The notes under the pieces: generated by a model | What the model saw: the letters and a program-made list of their open reading frames with translations, nothing else | Told to the model about the DNA's origin: nothing | The model's database searches: none | Translations under genes and position numbers: made by a program | In this document: piece after piece, positions 1 to 14,143 of the stretch | How positions within the stretch are numbered: the first letter of the stretch is position 1 | Layout of the letters: every line of letters starts with the position of its first letter | Assembly: GCA_030248215.1 (NCBI GenBank) | Contig: JASANG010001414.1 | Location: 558,001 to 622,000 of the forward strand | DNA length: 64,000 nucleotides | Source of the DNA: Enoplolaimus lenunculus | Taxonomy: Eukaryota | Reading direction: 5' to 3'

Positions 1-97
1 CATGTGGCAGCTAAGGTGGGCACAAACTTACGGGGTTGAGTCCGTCGAAAAATCTCTTTGGTCTTACCAAGAGAGGCGTGTATTCACCTATTCCTCC

Positions 98-246
98 CAC
101 TGGCGGATACAAAAATTGAACCCAGCTTTTGTACTTAAAGGTTTAGCGCTAACATGGCGTATTGCTTCTGACTCGCTTCGCCCTCGAATGTTTTCTCTAT
201 GTCTCGTGTCGGTCCCCCATTTCAGATTTTCCTGGATCCGCCACTG
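98..246. mobile_element. hAT-like MITE
   Basis: Ends CACTGGCGGATAC / GGATCCGCCACTG; near-perfect 8-bp flanking duplication ATTCCTCC / ATTCCTCA. Confidence 0.7.
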
Positions 247-699
247 ATTCCTCACCAGTAAATCAGCCTTCGCGGTGACGAAAGCGTGAGAAAACCACCT
301 TCTCACGGTTTCCGCGATGTTTTATCGCTGAATTGCGAGTGATTTACTGAGATTATAATAAAAAGTTTTTTTTCGGTTTTTTTCGTTTATCTGCCACCTC
401 GGAAAAACGGAAAAACGGAAAACCCCGTTTTTTGATGGTTTTTGGTGCCCAACCCTGTGTAACAAGCAGCCCTTGAAAGGGTCTGAGAGATGGTGTGAAC
501 GGCGAACATGTCCTGCATGTATGAAGTTTAATAATTTACACCAACTTGCAAACAGGTTTTCGTATAGAAGAAATCGCACTCTCAGAGATTGAAGTTATAC
601 CTGAGCCTATTAACTTAAAATCTAAGCGTAAATCCAAACTTAGCCCAAACCAAACCCATGCCTATGCTTAGCAAAAGCTCAACACCTACAACTTTGGGG

Positions 700-1224
700 T
701 CTTTTCCGTTATCCTCCCTAGCCGACGTTTGCCCAAAAATGGTTAGATTTTGAAAATTACTGCATATTTCAATTTCTCATGACCTCCCTGATCATTCCAT
801 GCCCAAATCTGAATTTTTGAAAAATTCGATTATTAAACGTTCCAAATCCTCCCTTAGGACCAAAAAAATTATCTGTCAAAAATTTAGACAAGTCATATAT
901 CATTCGATGCATCTTGTTGAGCTGAGTGCAATGGTGTTAAGATTTCAAGCATCAAGAGTGTGGATAACGAGTTATGGTCAAAAAAATCGCCATTGCACTC
1001 AGCATAACAAGATTATTCGAATGGTACATAATTTGTCTATCTGTTTGACAAAAAAATTTTTGGTCCCAACGAGGGGACCTTGGGACCTTAAAAATCAAAT
1101 TTTTCAATTCTGAGTTTGGCGTGGAATCAGCAGGGGAGGACTTGAGAAACTCGAATATGCAGAAATTTTTAAATTGGAACCATTTTTGGACAAACACCGG
1201 TTGGGGGAGGATATTCGAAAAGAA
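700..1224. mobile_element. Non-autonomous element with ~45-bp imperfect terminal inverted repeats
   Basis: TCTTTTCCGTTATCCTCCCTAGCCGACGTTTGCCCAAAAATGGTT is the approximate reverse complement of AACCATTTTTGGACAAACACCGGTTGGGGGAGGATATTCGAAAAGA; boundaries approximate. Confidence 0.55.
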
Positions 1225-3267
1225 TCCAACTTGTTCGGGTCATTTATATATTAGTATAAGGGGGGCTACGAGTATGCGTTGAATCAAAACATAAGTTTAT
1301 TGAGCGAAGTGAAACTCCGAGCGGAGCTCAGAGTTTGGCAAAGCGTTTTTACGTTTTATACTTAGGGGTCGAAAGGTGGATGTAAAGTCCGTTTGTAATG
1401 CATAAATGACTTTACTCCAGAACCAAATAAAGTTGAGTTCGAAACTTTAAAGCATACTTAAGTTTTGAAAGCACATTCCTAAGTATAACCTTGCATTATC
1501 GCTCAAGCTTTTGATACAAAACAAACGTTTAATTCAACAGATAGTTGCAATATCGGCTATATATCAGTAACGAAGGACGGTGGAAGAGGGCTGGTTAAAA
1601 ATAAACAACAGACCATAAACCAAATAACAGGTATAACCTCCTGGAGAAGCCAAATAAATATCGCTCACACTCTCATATTCGGGTCACTACAGATAATGAT
1701 CCATGGCATTTTGCACATACAAGTCAAAAAGAGAAATTGAAAAAACCACTAGTACGCCTGCGTTAAAAACGGGCGATATTTTCTCTAAAGCTAAAATATA
1801 AGCTCCAATTTTTTCAGTGAAATATATACGTATAAAGTATTTTAAATTCTTGATATCCTAAAACCTATATTACAAATAAATGCGAGCTGACCGGATACTA
1901 ATGATTCTAAACGTCTCACAAAAAGTCTTAGGTTGCCCGAAAACAGGCGTCCTTATAAAAACCATATGGAACAAAATCAGCCTGGCAATATATTTGCCCA
2001 AACTGCATTCACAACAAACCTCGCATACTTACGTATGACCAAAAATGTACGGATACAAGCGCGGCAGACAAACACAACCATATGGGAATTTCATATACGA
2101 CATACAGAAATCAATTTACAATATGTATTACAGGTATCGTTTATCTCACTGATTATGATGTATGGAACATGTTAGCCAAAACCCTAACAAAAATAATATT
2201 ATGACCTGTGCTTATAGTTTGATTTTATCCACACAAACATATCAAACTAACAGGCGAATAAACGATTTTTCGACGCTCGCTCGGCTAAACGAACCCGACC
2301 TTCAAGTTTTACAGGTGATTTTTTCCTACTTCGGTTCGCTTACACAAAAAATGTTACGAACGCTCATGCATAGCGGTGTAAATCATACTGTGAATATGTT
2401 ATTATTCAATTTGCATAGAATACTCGTCCACAGTTATGATAGAAGCTTTTAGTTGAGTTTAGTTATAGAAACTTGAAGACTATCGCGTTCTAAAAGTCGA
2501 CAAGGATTTGATATTAAACACTCTACACAGACTATAAACGCTATACTGGCTTGATTTCACTGCAGATATGTCTATATATTAATGAGCGGTATTTGTGAAG
2601 GTAACGGTAAACACAGCTTAATAGGGATCGTTGTTTACTTTTCGCCCACACCAGTGTTACATTGATCGATGGCAAAGGCCTCACTCCCACATTACTATTT
2701 ATACATTAAGTTGGTAAACCTAAGCCTACACCTAAGCCAAGCCTAATTCACTATTCCAGTCGTGTTTACAGAACCTTTTTACGGGGGAGTAAACAAGTAT
2801 AAATCATATGAACTGGATGATCATATTGATTAACCACTAGTGCCTGTAGCCAGTTTGAGTAAACCGGATGCCCGCATTTGCTCATATTTGGACAAAAAGA
2901 TATCGCGTCAACTGCGTTCTAGGCTCCATTTGAAAGTTCACAAGTAAACAGTTTGCGTAGAATTTAAGCATTCAAATTTCAAACTTTGATAATATATTTA
3001 ACCTTGTATGCTTTGTTTAGTAAGTTTTAACCCCCCCTTGTTATTCGGTTACGGACTGTTATTTACTTTTAACCCACGCTCCGCCACCCTTCGTTACTGA
3101 TATACATCCGGTACTGCAACTGTCCGTTCAATTGAACGTATATTTTTGTCTTGTGTCAATAGCTTGAGCGATAATGTAAGGTTAGACTTAGGAATGTACT
3201 TTCAAAATTTAAGTACGCTTTAAAGTTTCGGATTCAATTTACTTGAACCTGGAGTCATTTTTCGCTA

Positions 3268-3930
3268 CCAGTCGTAGTGGGACTACATTTATTGAGAGAA
3301 GTTCGAACACAGTAAGCAATTAAGGTAATATGCAAATTAGTTATTAGTTAACTATTCATTTATCGGTTTTGGAGGTTTGTAAGCAGTTTCTTCAGATTCC
3401 TCGCACCCAAAAACCCTTCAGCCACCCTAATAATTATTGGAATAATTTAAAAAGCCCTACTTTTGTCTCGTCAATTTAGCAAATATGCAAATTTGTATTA
3501 GCTAACTATTCGACAATTGCTTTTAAAGGTCTGTAGACAATTTATCCAGATTCCTCGCACCAGAAAACCCATTATTGCTGAAATTAGATTGCTTGTAGCC
3601 CTAATAATTATTGAAACACCTTAAAAACGCCTAATTTAGGCTTATCAATTCTACTATATGCAAATTATCTATTAGCTAACTACTCAATTATCGGTTTCAG
3701 ACGTTTGTAAACAGTCTACGGAGATTCCTCGCACACAAAAACTCTTTAATGCTAAAATTAGATTGCATCTAACTGTAATAATTAGTGAAATATTGTGGAA
3801 AATCCTAATTTCGGCTTAATTAATTATGCAAATTAGCCTGTAGCTAATAAACGGCTTAAAATTTTAAAACCCCAATGCGAGATTAATACCCTAGGATTAT
3901 TGGCTTTCAAACAAAAAAATTTTTTCTTAT
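3268..3930 (+). mobile_element. Helentron/DINE-1-like non-autonomous element with ~165-bp internal subrepeats
   Basis: Starts CCAGTCGTAGTGGGACTAC (short hairpin); nearly the same sequence at 22892-23405 and a degraded copy at about 17725-18170. The superfamily call is an inference. Confidence 0.55.
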
Positions 3931-5272
3931 TGGCTTATAGGTTACAGTATAAGACCACGCATATGACCGCATGAGGATTAAACAAGGCGTTAAACTCAAT
4001 CGACCATAACAGACAAAAAACATTTTGAGATATTTACTAACATTCTCAAAATAGCACATTTAGAACGAACTCTAGTAATTTCTCTGCATGATTAGTTTCA
4101 GATTTTGAGATTATTAGATTATATTCTAATATTCTGAATACTTAAAATCAGAATAAATTTATATTTTTGTTGGGTGCCTAGCAAGAAAGTCAGAAACAAA
4201 ACTTTGACCTCGCCGCGTCCCGGGAAAGTTTGGGCTCGCCTGTAAAGCAGTAAACATCACTAAACCCCGTATGTCCTATCTGATATTATCCGCCACTGCT
4301 AGCATGTTAGGCTGGCTACAGGTCCAGAATCTTCCGCCCACAGATATACCAGAGGAATTGCTTAACAACATAAAAAAATGTAACATTAGTAAAGTTCAAA
4401 ACGCTTTAGTCTAACGCATAATTAGTCAGGTTAAACTAAAACAGTATCCGCAAGAATTATACGGCTTCACTATATTAAATGTGTTTTTAAACAAATTACA
4501 AAAAACCTTCTGGATATTTAAACGCAAGTGTAATTTGCGAAAATCCTATAATAAAAGCTTGGCAATGTGTGTGATTGGCTGCGTGCCCTATCGGACAGAA
4601 GGAGCACAGAGTTCATGCTTTGGGATTGGCTTTTCAGACAGATATTGGCAAACTGAATGCTCTTTGGAATCTTTGGCCCGACTAAAACAAGTTTGTTAGG
4701 CTTACAGACCTGCTTGCCTGTTTATTGCAGTTGGTGCAAACCGCGCACGTTGTCGACATAGACAGTTTGATGTGCAGCCACGAGTTCGGGACACTTCCGA
4801 ACAGCTGGTAGACGGTCAAACATAAAGTGATAGCTTTAGGATGACGTCATCCATGATGCCGCAAGAAAATGTTGTAAACAATATTTTTTATTCGCGGCCG
4901 TGCCGAACGACAAATAGCACCACTCAAACTCTTTTTACAAAATTACTACCGCGGCTAAATCAGAACCGATACACCCTCAAGAAGAGTTAAACACCTAAAA
5001 TATAAACGTATAATTTGGTCATAAAAATTCAATCCCACCAACTGACAGTAGCACCATAAGCAAAACACCATTTCTGTGAACTTTATTACAAACTACTTGA
5101 CGAAATCAAAGACATATTTATACATTATTACAAAACAATACATACTGAACGCAATGCAATTCAAATTATACTGCGTACAAAAAATGAGCAATTTCTGAAA
5201 TTATACAATAAAATTTAGTCGAAACGAACTTATAAAACGTCTGGCAAAATGTTCAATATTTGACCACATTAT

Positions 5273-8200
5273 TTACGACGAATGTTTTCCGTTGATACTC
5301 ACAAACCGTGACGGCGGAAAATATTCAGGCAACATTTCTAAACTGTCTTCGTAGTCGAGTTCTTCGACAGCTGTATTTTCATGCGCTTTGACACATGGCA
5401 GTACACATTCCCAAACCTGAAATTATAAACAGCCAAAATTTACAGTTATTTAACGAATAAAGGGTCAAATCGATGTATCATTCGAATAATGCTTATGCAA
5501 AAAGTATTGGAAACATAAAACAAAACAAAGCCCTTGCTAATTATAAAGGTACCTGCACGCTAAGCGTATCAAGCCTATGCCTACGCCTAAATGTGAGCAT
5601 TTGGTAAGCCTAAACATGAAACCTAAATGTGAGCATTTGGTAAGCCTAAACATTACACCTAAATGTGAGCCTTTGCGTAAGCCTAAACGTCGTACCTAAA
5701 TGTGAGCCTTTGCGTAAGCGTAAACGTCAAACCTAAATGTGAGCAATTGCGTAAGCCTAAACATCAAACCTAAATGTGAGCCTTTGCGTAAGCCTAAACA
5801 TCAAACCTATATGTGAGCCTTTGCGTAAGCCTAAACATCAAACCTAAATGTGAGCCTTTGTGTAAGCCTAAACATCAAACCTAAATGTGAGCCTTTGCGT
5901 AAGCCTAAACATCAAACCTAAATGTGAGCCGTTGCGTAAGCCAAACATGAAACCTAAATGTGATACATTGCGTAAGCCTAAACATAAACCCAATCTTAAG
6001 GTATTAGGGCAAAAGTAGCCGAATATCGATTTCCAATGATAAGCAATGTCCGTGTTTACGTTTTGAAAATATTGAAAATTTCGTTTAGTTTAAAGGTTAT
6101 AGTTAGCCGTAAATCACCAAAAAATCATTCAATTTTTCAATTCAGCTATGCTGCAATTATATTTGATTTGACCAACAAATAACAAAAGTCAACCAACTGT
6201 TTACAAATTCGACATCCAGCCGCAAGTTTTCAGTCAAATTTTAGAAAACCCAGCGAATATTCTTGCATTACCTCATGTATTGGCGAAATAAAACTTTAAA
6301 AATTTTATACGAAAATATCCGTTTTTCGTTTCCGTTATTTTGAACGCGATCTGTTTACATTATTTTTACTGTTCGCTTTACACCCTGCAATTCTTCCAAT
6401 CTCCCAGTTCCAATGTCACCCTGTCTCCCAGTGGGCAGGTTCTAATATTTCACATGACCCCAACAAATAAATGCAAGCGCATCTTTAAACGAATTTTTAT
6501 GAATACATGGGATATACTGGTCGATTTTTGGCTGCATTCCTTATATGAATCCCACAACATTTAGTGATGTAAAAGATACTTAGTCAAAGATTTATTATAT
6601 TTAAAACTAAAAATAGGGCATTTTTGTTCTATTTAAACTTAAAATCAAGTACAATTCTTACCTTTCCTCTTTCGATCAACTTGGCAACAGCTTCAATGTC
6701 ACCTGCCATGCATCGATCTTCGTCGAGTGGTCTAAAAATAAAAAATTAAATGTGGTCTTCACAATAATGAAGCAAACATGAATCATTATGGAACAAAAAT
6801 GACCCGCCCAATTTACAGCAATTCCATGTTATAAATGTGGTCTTCACAGTAATGAAGCAAACATGAATCATTATGGAAACAAAAATGACCCAGCCCAATT
6901 TACAGCAATTCCCATGTTATCAAATGTGGTCTTCACAGTAATGAAGCCCGAATTAATCAGTATGGAAACAAAAATGACCCAGCCCAATTTACAGCAATTC
7001 CCTTTTTATCAAATGTGGTCTTCACAGTAATGAAGCAAACATGAATCATTATGGAAACAAAAATGACCCAGCCCAATTTACAGCAATTCCCATGTTATCA
7101 AATGTGGTCTTCACAGTAATGAAGCAAACATGAATCATTATGGAAACAAAAATGACCCAGCCCAATTTAAAACAGCAATTCCCATGTTATCAAATGTGGT
7201 CTTCACAGTAATGAAGCCCCAAACATGAATCATTATGGAAACAAAAATGACCCAGCCCAATTTACAGCAATTCCCATGTTATCAAATGTGGTCTCTCACA
7301 GTAATGAAGCAAACATGAATCATTATGGAAACAAAAATGACCCAGCCCAATTTACAGCAATTCCCATGTTATCAAATGTGGTCTTCACAGTAATGAAGCA
7401 AACATGAATCATTATGGAAACAAAAATGACCCAGCCCAATTTACAGCAATTCCCATGTTATCAAATGTGGTCTTCACAGTAATGAAGCAAACATGAATCA
7501 TTATGGAAACAAAAATGACCCAGCCCAATTTACAGCAATTCCCATGTTATCAAATGTGGTCTTCACAGTAATGAAGCAAACATGAATCATTATGGAAACA
7601 AAAATGACCCAGCCCAATTTACAGCAATTCCCATGTTATCAAATGTGGTCTTCACAGTAATGAAGCAAACATGAATCATTATGGAAACAAAAATGACCCA
7701 GCCCAATTTACAGCAATTCCCATGTTATCAAATGTGGTCTTCACAGTAATGAAGCAAACATGAATCATTATGGAAACAAAAATGACCCAGCCCAATTTAC
7801 AGCAATTCCCATGTTATCAAATGTGGTCTTCACAGTAATGAAGCAAACATGAATCATTATGGAAACAAAAATGACCCAGCCCAATTTACAGCAATTCCCA
7901 TGTTATCAAATGTGGTCTTCACAGTAATGAAGCAAACATGATCTTCATCCCCCCCGCAAATCATTATGGAAACAAAAATGACCCAGCCCAATTTACAGCA
8001 ATTCCCATGTTATCAAATGTGGTCTTCACAGTAATGAAGCAAACATGAATCATTATGGAAACAAAAATGACCCAGCCCAATTTACAGCAATTCCCATGTT
8101 ATCAAATGTGGTCTTCACAGTAATGAAGCAAACATGAATCATTATGGAAACAAAAATGACCCAGCCCAATTTACAGCAATTCCCATGTTATCAAATGTGG

Positions 8201-11200
8201 TCTTCACAGTAATGAAGCAAACATGAATCATTATGGAAACAAAAATGACCCAGCCCAATTTACAGCAATTCCCATGTTATCAAATGTGGTCTTCACAGTA
8301 ATGAAGCAAACATGAATCATTATGGAAACAAAAATGACCCAGCCCAATTTACAGCAATTCCCATGTTATCAAATGTGGTCTTAACTGAAATGAATCAATC
8401 ATGAAACAATATTGAAACAAAAATGACCCAGCCCAATTTACAGCAATACCAATGTTATCAAATGTGGTCTTCACAGTAATGAAGCAAACATGAATCATTA
8501 AGGAAACAAAAATGACCCAGCCCAATTTACAGCAATTCCCAGGTTATCAAATGTGGTCTTCACAAAAATGAAGCAAACATGAATCATTATGGAAACAAAA
8601 ATGACCCAGCCCAATTTACAGCAATTCCCATGTTATCAAATGTGGTCTTCACAGTAATGAAGCAAACATGAATCATTATGGAAACAAAAATGACCCAGCC
8701 CAATTTACAGCAATTCCCATGTTATCAAATGTGGTCTTCACAGTAATGAAGCAAACATGAATCATTATGGAAACAAAAATGACCCAGCCCAATTTACAGC
8801 AATTCCCATGTTATCAAATGTGGTCTTCACAGTAATGAAGCAAACATGAATCATTATGGAAACAAAAATGACCCAGCCCAATTTACAGCAATTCCCATGT
8901 TATCATCTGGGAGTTCGCTACTGTTGAGACAGGGTAAATTCAGCCACTCGGCCAAAGCCCCCTCAAACCCGATTTCCTCACTCTCCCGCTCAAGCCCCCA
9001 CTTGAGATTTTGACCCAGTTTAAGTATATATTTTTAGTCTTTTTTGGACGTCAACCACACTTGTTTTGTATAAGATTTCAGTTAAAATTTAACACATTAC
9101 CGTGTAATGTTTGTTTACATGTTATATACGAGCGTTCAGGCATGACTAAATGGAATTTTTCTTTTAAACCTGTAATTTTGCCGATAACAAATATCACCCC
9201 TCAGTGAAGATTTTCCTCCCAGTTGTAAACCGAAGGGGAAGTCCCCACTCAGTCGCAACCCAGCAAATGTCCAAATCAAGGCACAAGAGTATATATAAAG
9301 AAAACATGCTTTAAAGCTGCAACGTAACCAACATTTTTCATTTGCACAAAATATTTACGCCATCAACAATACCAAGTTGTATACTTTTCTTCTCGTAGCA
9401 TCATAATGAAGTCTTTGGTAAAGGTAAAACTAAATTCTGAACGCCAGTAAAAGATACACTTACTGCGAGACAGTTCTAACCATTTCGTAGACTTTTTGCA
9501 ACGGTTCCGTTGTCGTTAGCGGTTTGAAAAATTCCATAGCTTGACACGCAGCTAACAACTCGATTGCGATTACTGTAAAATTCAATCAATTTTAAGTTAA
9601 TTAACAGGCCAATGTTAACGATGAAAGCCTGCCTGGTAAGCGTAAACCTAAACATAAGCCTAAGTCTAAACAGTCCCTGAATCGTCAATCACATTCACCC
9701 CCAGTGAACAGACCGCTGTAATAAACATGAGCTCAGGACCATTTTGCTGCAGTTACGGTAAGCACAGAATAACACTGAAGATCTACAGAGTTACCTCTGT
9801 GTCTGTTTATTATAATGCGGCGGCCTATGAAATAAGTAATAGACTGAATTTCGCGATTGCTAAGCCAACATAAACTTTAAATTTAACAATTTAGAAGCTC
9901 GGACTAAGTAAAATGATCGAAGTGGTAATAAATATCAGGTTTAGGCTTGAGTCTACAATTATGAGCAATCATAAGGTTAAGTTCAACTTGTAGTTTAGCA
10001 GTATTTAATTTTACCTTTTTGTACATTTCGCACGACTTGAAGTGCTTTGCGTGCTGAAAATCCGCCCATAGCAACGTGATCTTCTTGACTCGCACTTGTG
10101 GTAATATTATCAGCGCTCGCTGGATGGCATAATACTTTGTTTTCTGACACTAAAAATATAAAGTACTACAGTTATTGCACGTTTAATTTTAAAATCTCCT
10201 CTGAAAGGTTGGTCTTAAAATGAGTAGGAAACTACAACAACACGAACTTTATAAACATCAAAGATGTGCAATATAGGAGCAAATACTATACACAATATTA
10301 TACGTACTTCAGCTGACTTTTGAGGGCGTAGTTCGCAACACACTGAAGCCATAAAAATTTCAGTGTGCAGCAAATAAACCACCTCAAAAGCCACCTGGTG
10401 CACGCATAATATTGTGGAAATTGCATAAAACGCTAATGTCCAATTTTTCAACTGGTAAATAATGTCGTAAATTATAGCGATTTCACAGGAGAAAATTTTT
10501 TTGAACAGTCCCATAAGCTCCAAACCGTGATTAGTATGTCATCGTACCCAGTGAAGCAGCTGTAACTTGCATCATCATAAAACCAGAGTTCAATCCTCCT
10601 TCTTTGATCAGAAACGCTGGCAATCCATTGCTGAGTGCTAGAAACAAATACTATCCACATTGGCCAACTCACTCCGGAACACTGACCAATAAGTTACGGA
10701 GTCCTACGATATCGAAAACATTACAATTTTAGTAAATTTAGTTTCTGAAAATATCACAATTTCATTGGATACTACTTTTTGTGAGATTACGGCGCATATT
10801 CTCAAGTTTATATAGCACCTATCATTAGTTAGTAATAGGTTTTCAATCTAACGAACTGGACCTCAAAATTTGCACAGAAGTTAGAGTAAAATCGAATACA
10901 ACAAATATGCTGAATTTCAAACCTCACCATTTTGTGGGTCGAAAGTTACAAGACCCATCACCAACTGGTAATAGGTTTCTACACACATTTGATAATACGG
11001 GCTTACTTACAAGACAAAGCTTACAGGTTATGCCGTTTTTAATATTCATACTCATTTATGTTAACGCTGGCTAATCACAAAAATAATAACTTTAGCTTGT
11101 GTAGTTGAATTCACACTTCACAGAGCAAATGTGAATAGCGAATTAAGAACATTAATTAGTTTAAAAACCAAAACATTCACTTCATTGTAAGTATAGACTA

Positions 11201-12938
11201 AACGTGAGAACCATATTGCATTGAACTCGATACGCTGAACTTTAGGCTTTCATAAAACTCAACCGCAAACCTAATTTGACTCGCTCGAATGTTAGGCATA
11301 AGCTGAACATACCAGGATTCACAAGGCGCTCGATTCTTCTTTCGCTGATTTGAGCCAATTCGCTAACAGCAATCGCCAAATAATCCAGTGCCTAAATAAA
11401 ACAAATTTTTGACCATTAATAAATTTTGCTAAAATCAGTTGAAAAAAAAGTTTTACGAAGTTCAAATACCTGAGCGGATACGGATGTTGATTTTTTGCCG
11501 GAGACCGGATATCCGGTAGCACCCTGGTATTTATATGTATATTTATATTTATACCGGTATACAAAAATGTAAGTGACGCGCACGTTTATGCGCATTAAAA
11601 ACTGTAAGACTTATTACAAAACAAATGTTTAAACCATGAACATACAGCCTTAGGGTGGCGATATACTCATCATACAGCGCTGTCCGTCACCGTGATTTAT
11701 CGTACGCAAATGACACACGTATGATGCCATATAGTGACGGACGGCGCCGTACGGGTGATGACCGGTGGCGAACGGCGCCGGACGGGTGACGGACGGCGCC
11801 GGACGTCAACAAAAAGGATAGCGCAACCCTAACTTTTCCTTTTAGAAATTTGCAAAAATGCGACAAAAATGCATTAACCGATTTAGTAAAACGAAACATA
11901 ATGAGGCCAATAAACTTTAATTCAGAAGAATCGATGCAGCTACAGCAAGCATGCCGTCGTCAAATACTTGATAACTCATTGCGATTTACTAAGCAAAACA
12001 ATTAAAAACCTCAATAACACTCCACTTCCTTATTAGACGACAAATCAACCACTAAAAATGACATTAAAACTAAAGCTTTTGCGAGTGGCTCAGAATCGCA
12101 ATCCGTTCAAAAGTTTCCGTTTCATTTTTTTGTCTTTTTGTTTCGCGCTGTCTTCCATTATCTCAAAAATTAATTTACCTTAGACGGATATTCTCCATGA
12201 AAATTTCCGCACGACACAACTTTGCCTTTATCCCATAGTACCAGCTAGAAAATAAACATAATTTTAGATTATCAAATTCTACTCTACTAATACTGCTAAA
12301 AGGCTTCAAACAACAATTCGGTAAATGTAATCCTTCAGCTGTAATGCTTCATAAATACGACCCTCAATAATTCATTAGAGCAAGGGAAGACCCGTAGCCA
12401 GGTCTCCTTGATAGGTGGGGGCTGAACATTTTTGAGGCGGGGCATACAAGGGTTTTCGATGACTTACAAGCAAGGTTGAAAATTTTCTAGCAGGGGCAAA
12501 ATTCTTTCAGGATGGCTGAGCCCCGTAGCCCTCGCGCATGACTACGGGTCAGAGTGAGGGTCAAGTAGCGACTGGGTTGACAATGGTAAGAGCTTTCCAG
12601 CTGAGGAACTTCGAATATAAATTTGGAATTATATTTCAGCAAAAAATAGAAAACATTCTTATGGAAAAAGGTTAACGCAATGCTCTCGTTTTATACTCAA
12701 GATCGGGCTTTTTAACGCTAATTTAAACATATTATCCTGCCTTGAAAATAAAGTCGGCGATATAAACAATTATTTTACACATACCGGGTTATCAGTAGCG
12801 CTGTTAATCTCTGTGCCAAGTATATTGTAAGTAAATTCAATAGTATCATGAACAATGCCATGGACTTGCGGAATACATCTTAACACGTACGGATCTTGTA
12901 CTGGTCGTTGCTTTTTGTTCGCTTCTAGAACCGAAAAG

Positions 12939-13008
<70 letters not shown>

Positions 13009-13152
13009 CACATGTACAGAATAGGGCCAGAACGGTTCCCTTCGGGGCTGTAATAGAGGTAGCTTAAACTTTAGACTAACTTTCTGCTTAGGCCTAGGCT
13101 TAGGAATTAATATGCTTATACTACTGTTCCGGCCCTATTCTATACACGGACC

Positions 13153-13199
<47 letters not shown>

Positions 13200-14109
13200 T
13201 ATAATAAATAATAACAATAATAAATAATAATAAATAATAATAATAATATTAATAATAATAAATAATAATACACAATTGTTGCAATCCTGAAAAACAAAAA
13301 TGACATTTACATTTTTGCATTCCTCAAATTGTGTCCAACATTACAATGTAACCTTTCTCGGGGACGAGAACAGAATGCTTGACAGCTGGGTCTGGGCTAA
13401 TCTGTGGCTGCTATCATGTGGCTCCCAACACATTTGCGGAACCCAATACTAAACGATTCAGCGAGTGAGACCCCGCGGCCAATTCTAAATTTAAAGCATA
13501 TACCAGTAGGTATAGTCACAGTAAACGTCTTAGGGTGGTGCTATATTTTTCTACAACTTTTAGAGTCATCCAGCCCCGACCGTCTCCGTATGGTGTACGC
13601 GAATTGCTCGTGTACGATATCACCCAATAAGCAACGGTGACAGGAGTCGACGGACGGCAACACACAAGTATAAGCATCACTCTAATGCTTACGAGCTAAT
13701 GTCGACGGTTGACGAAGTTGACACGGTAGGAGGTTTCGTATACGACGTGCGACTGCAATCTGACCGCTGTGAGGCCTCAACTGATGAATATCTGAAATAC
13801 GTTAGTAGACTTGAAAGACGACAAAAGCGAAAGCCAAAAAGCCAAGGTTCAAGCTTACAAGTATGAGATGGCAAAGCGAATCATTTTTTAAACTCAAATA
13901 CTTTTTCCTTTAATAGTTAAGTGGTTTACAAATTTCAAAACTTCACAACCAATCATTGTGATGTTCGCCGATAGGGTCAATAAAAAGTGCTTGAATATAT
14001 ATCAGAAATTTAAAAGTCTATCAAATATTTATTATTGTTATTATTATTATTATTATTATTAATATTATTATTAATATTATTATTATTATTATTATTATTA
14101 TTACAATTC

Positions 14110-14143
<34 letters not shown>

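Noticed and set aside
6748..8905. CRISPR-like array or repeat-encoded ORF (7225-7407)
   Set aside because: Head-to-tail identical units with no spacers, eukaryotic context, and 89 is not a multiple of 3.
8905..8965. Possible SINE head on the minus strand (GGGGGCTTTGGCCGAGTGG)
   Set aside because: Only an A-box-like motif, with no clear B box and no second copy in the window.
9904..10014. ORF text LNLMIAHNC resembling the HAL motif FMIAHC
   Set aside because: The true exon for that region is 10548-10637; this is intronic chance similarity.
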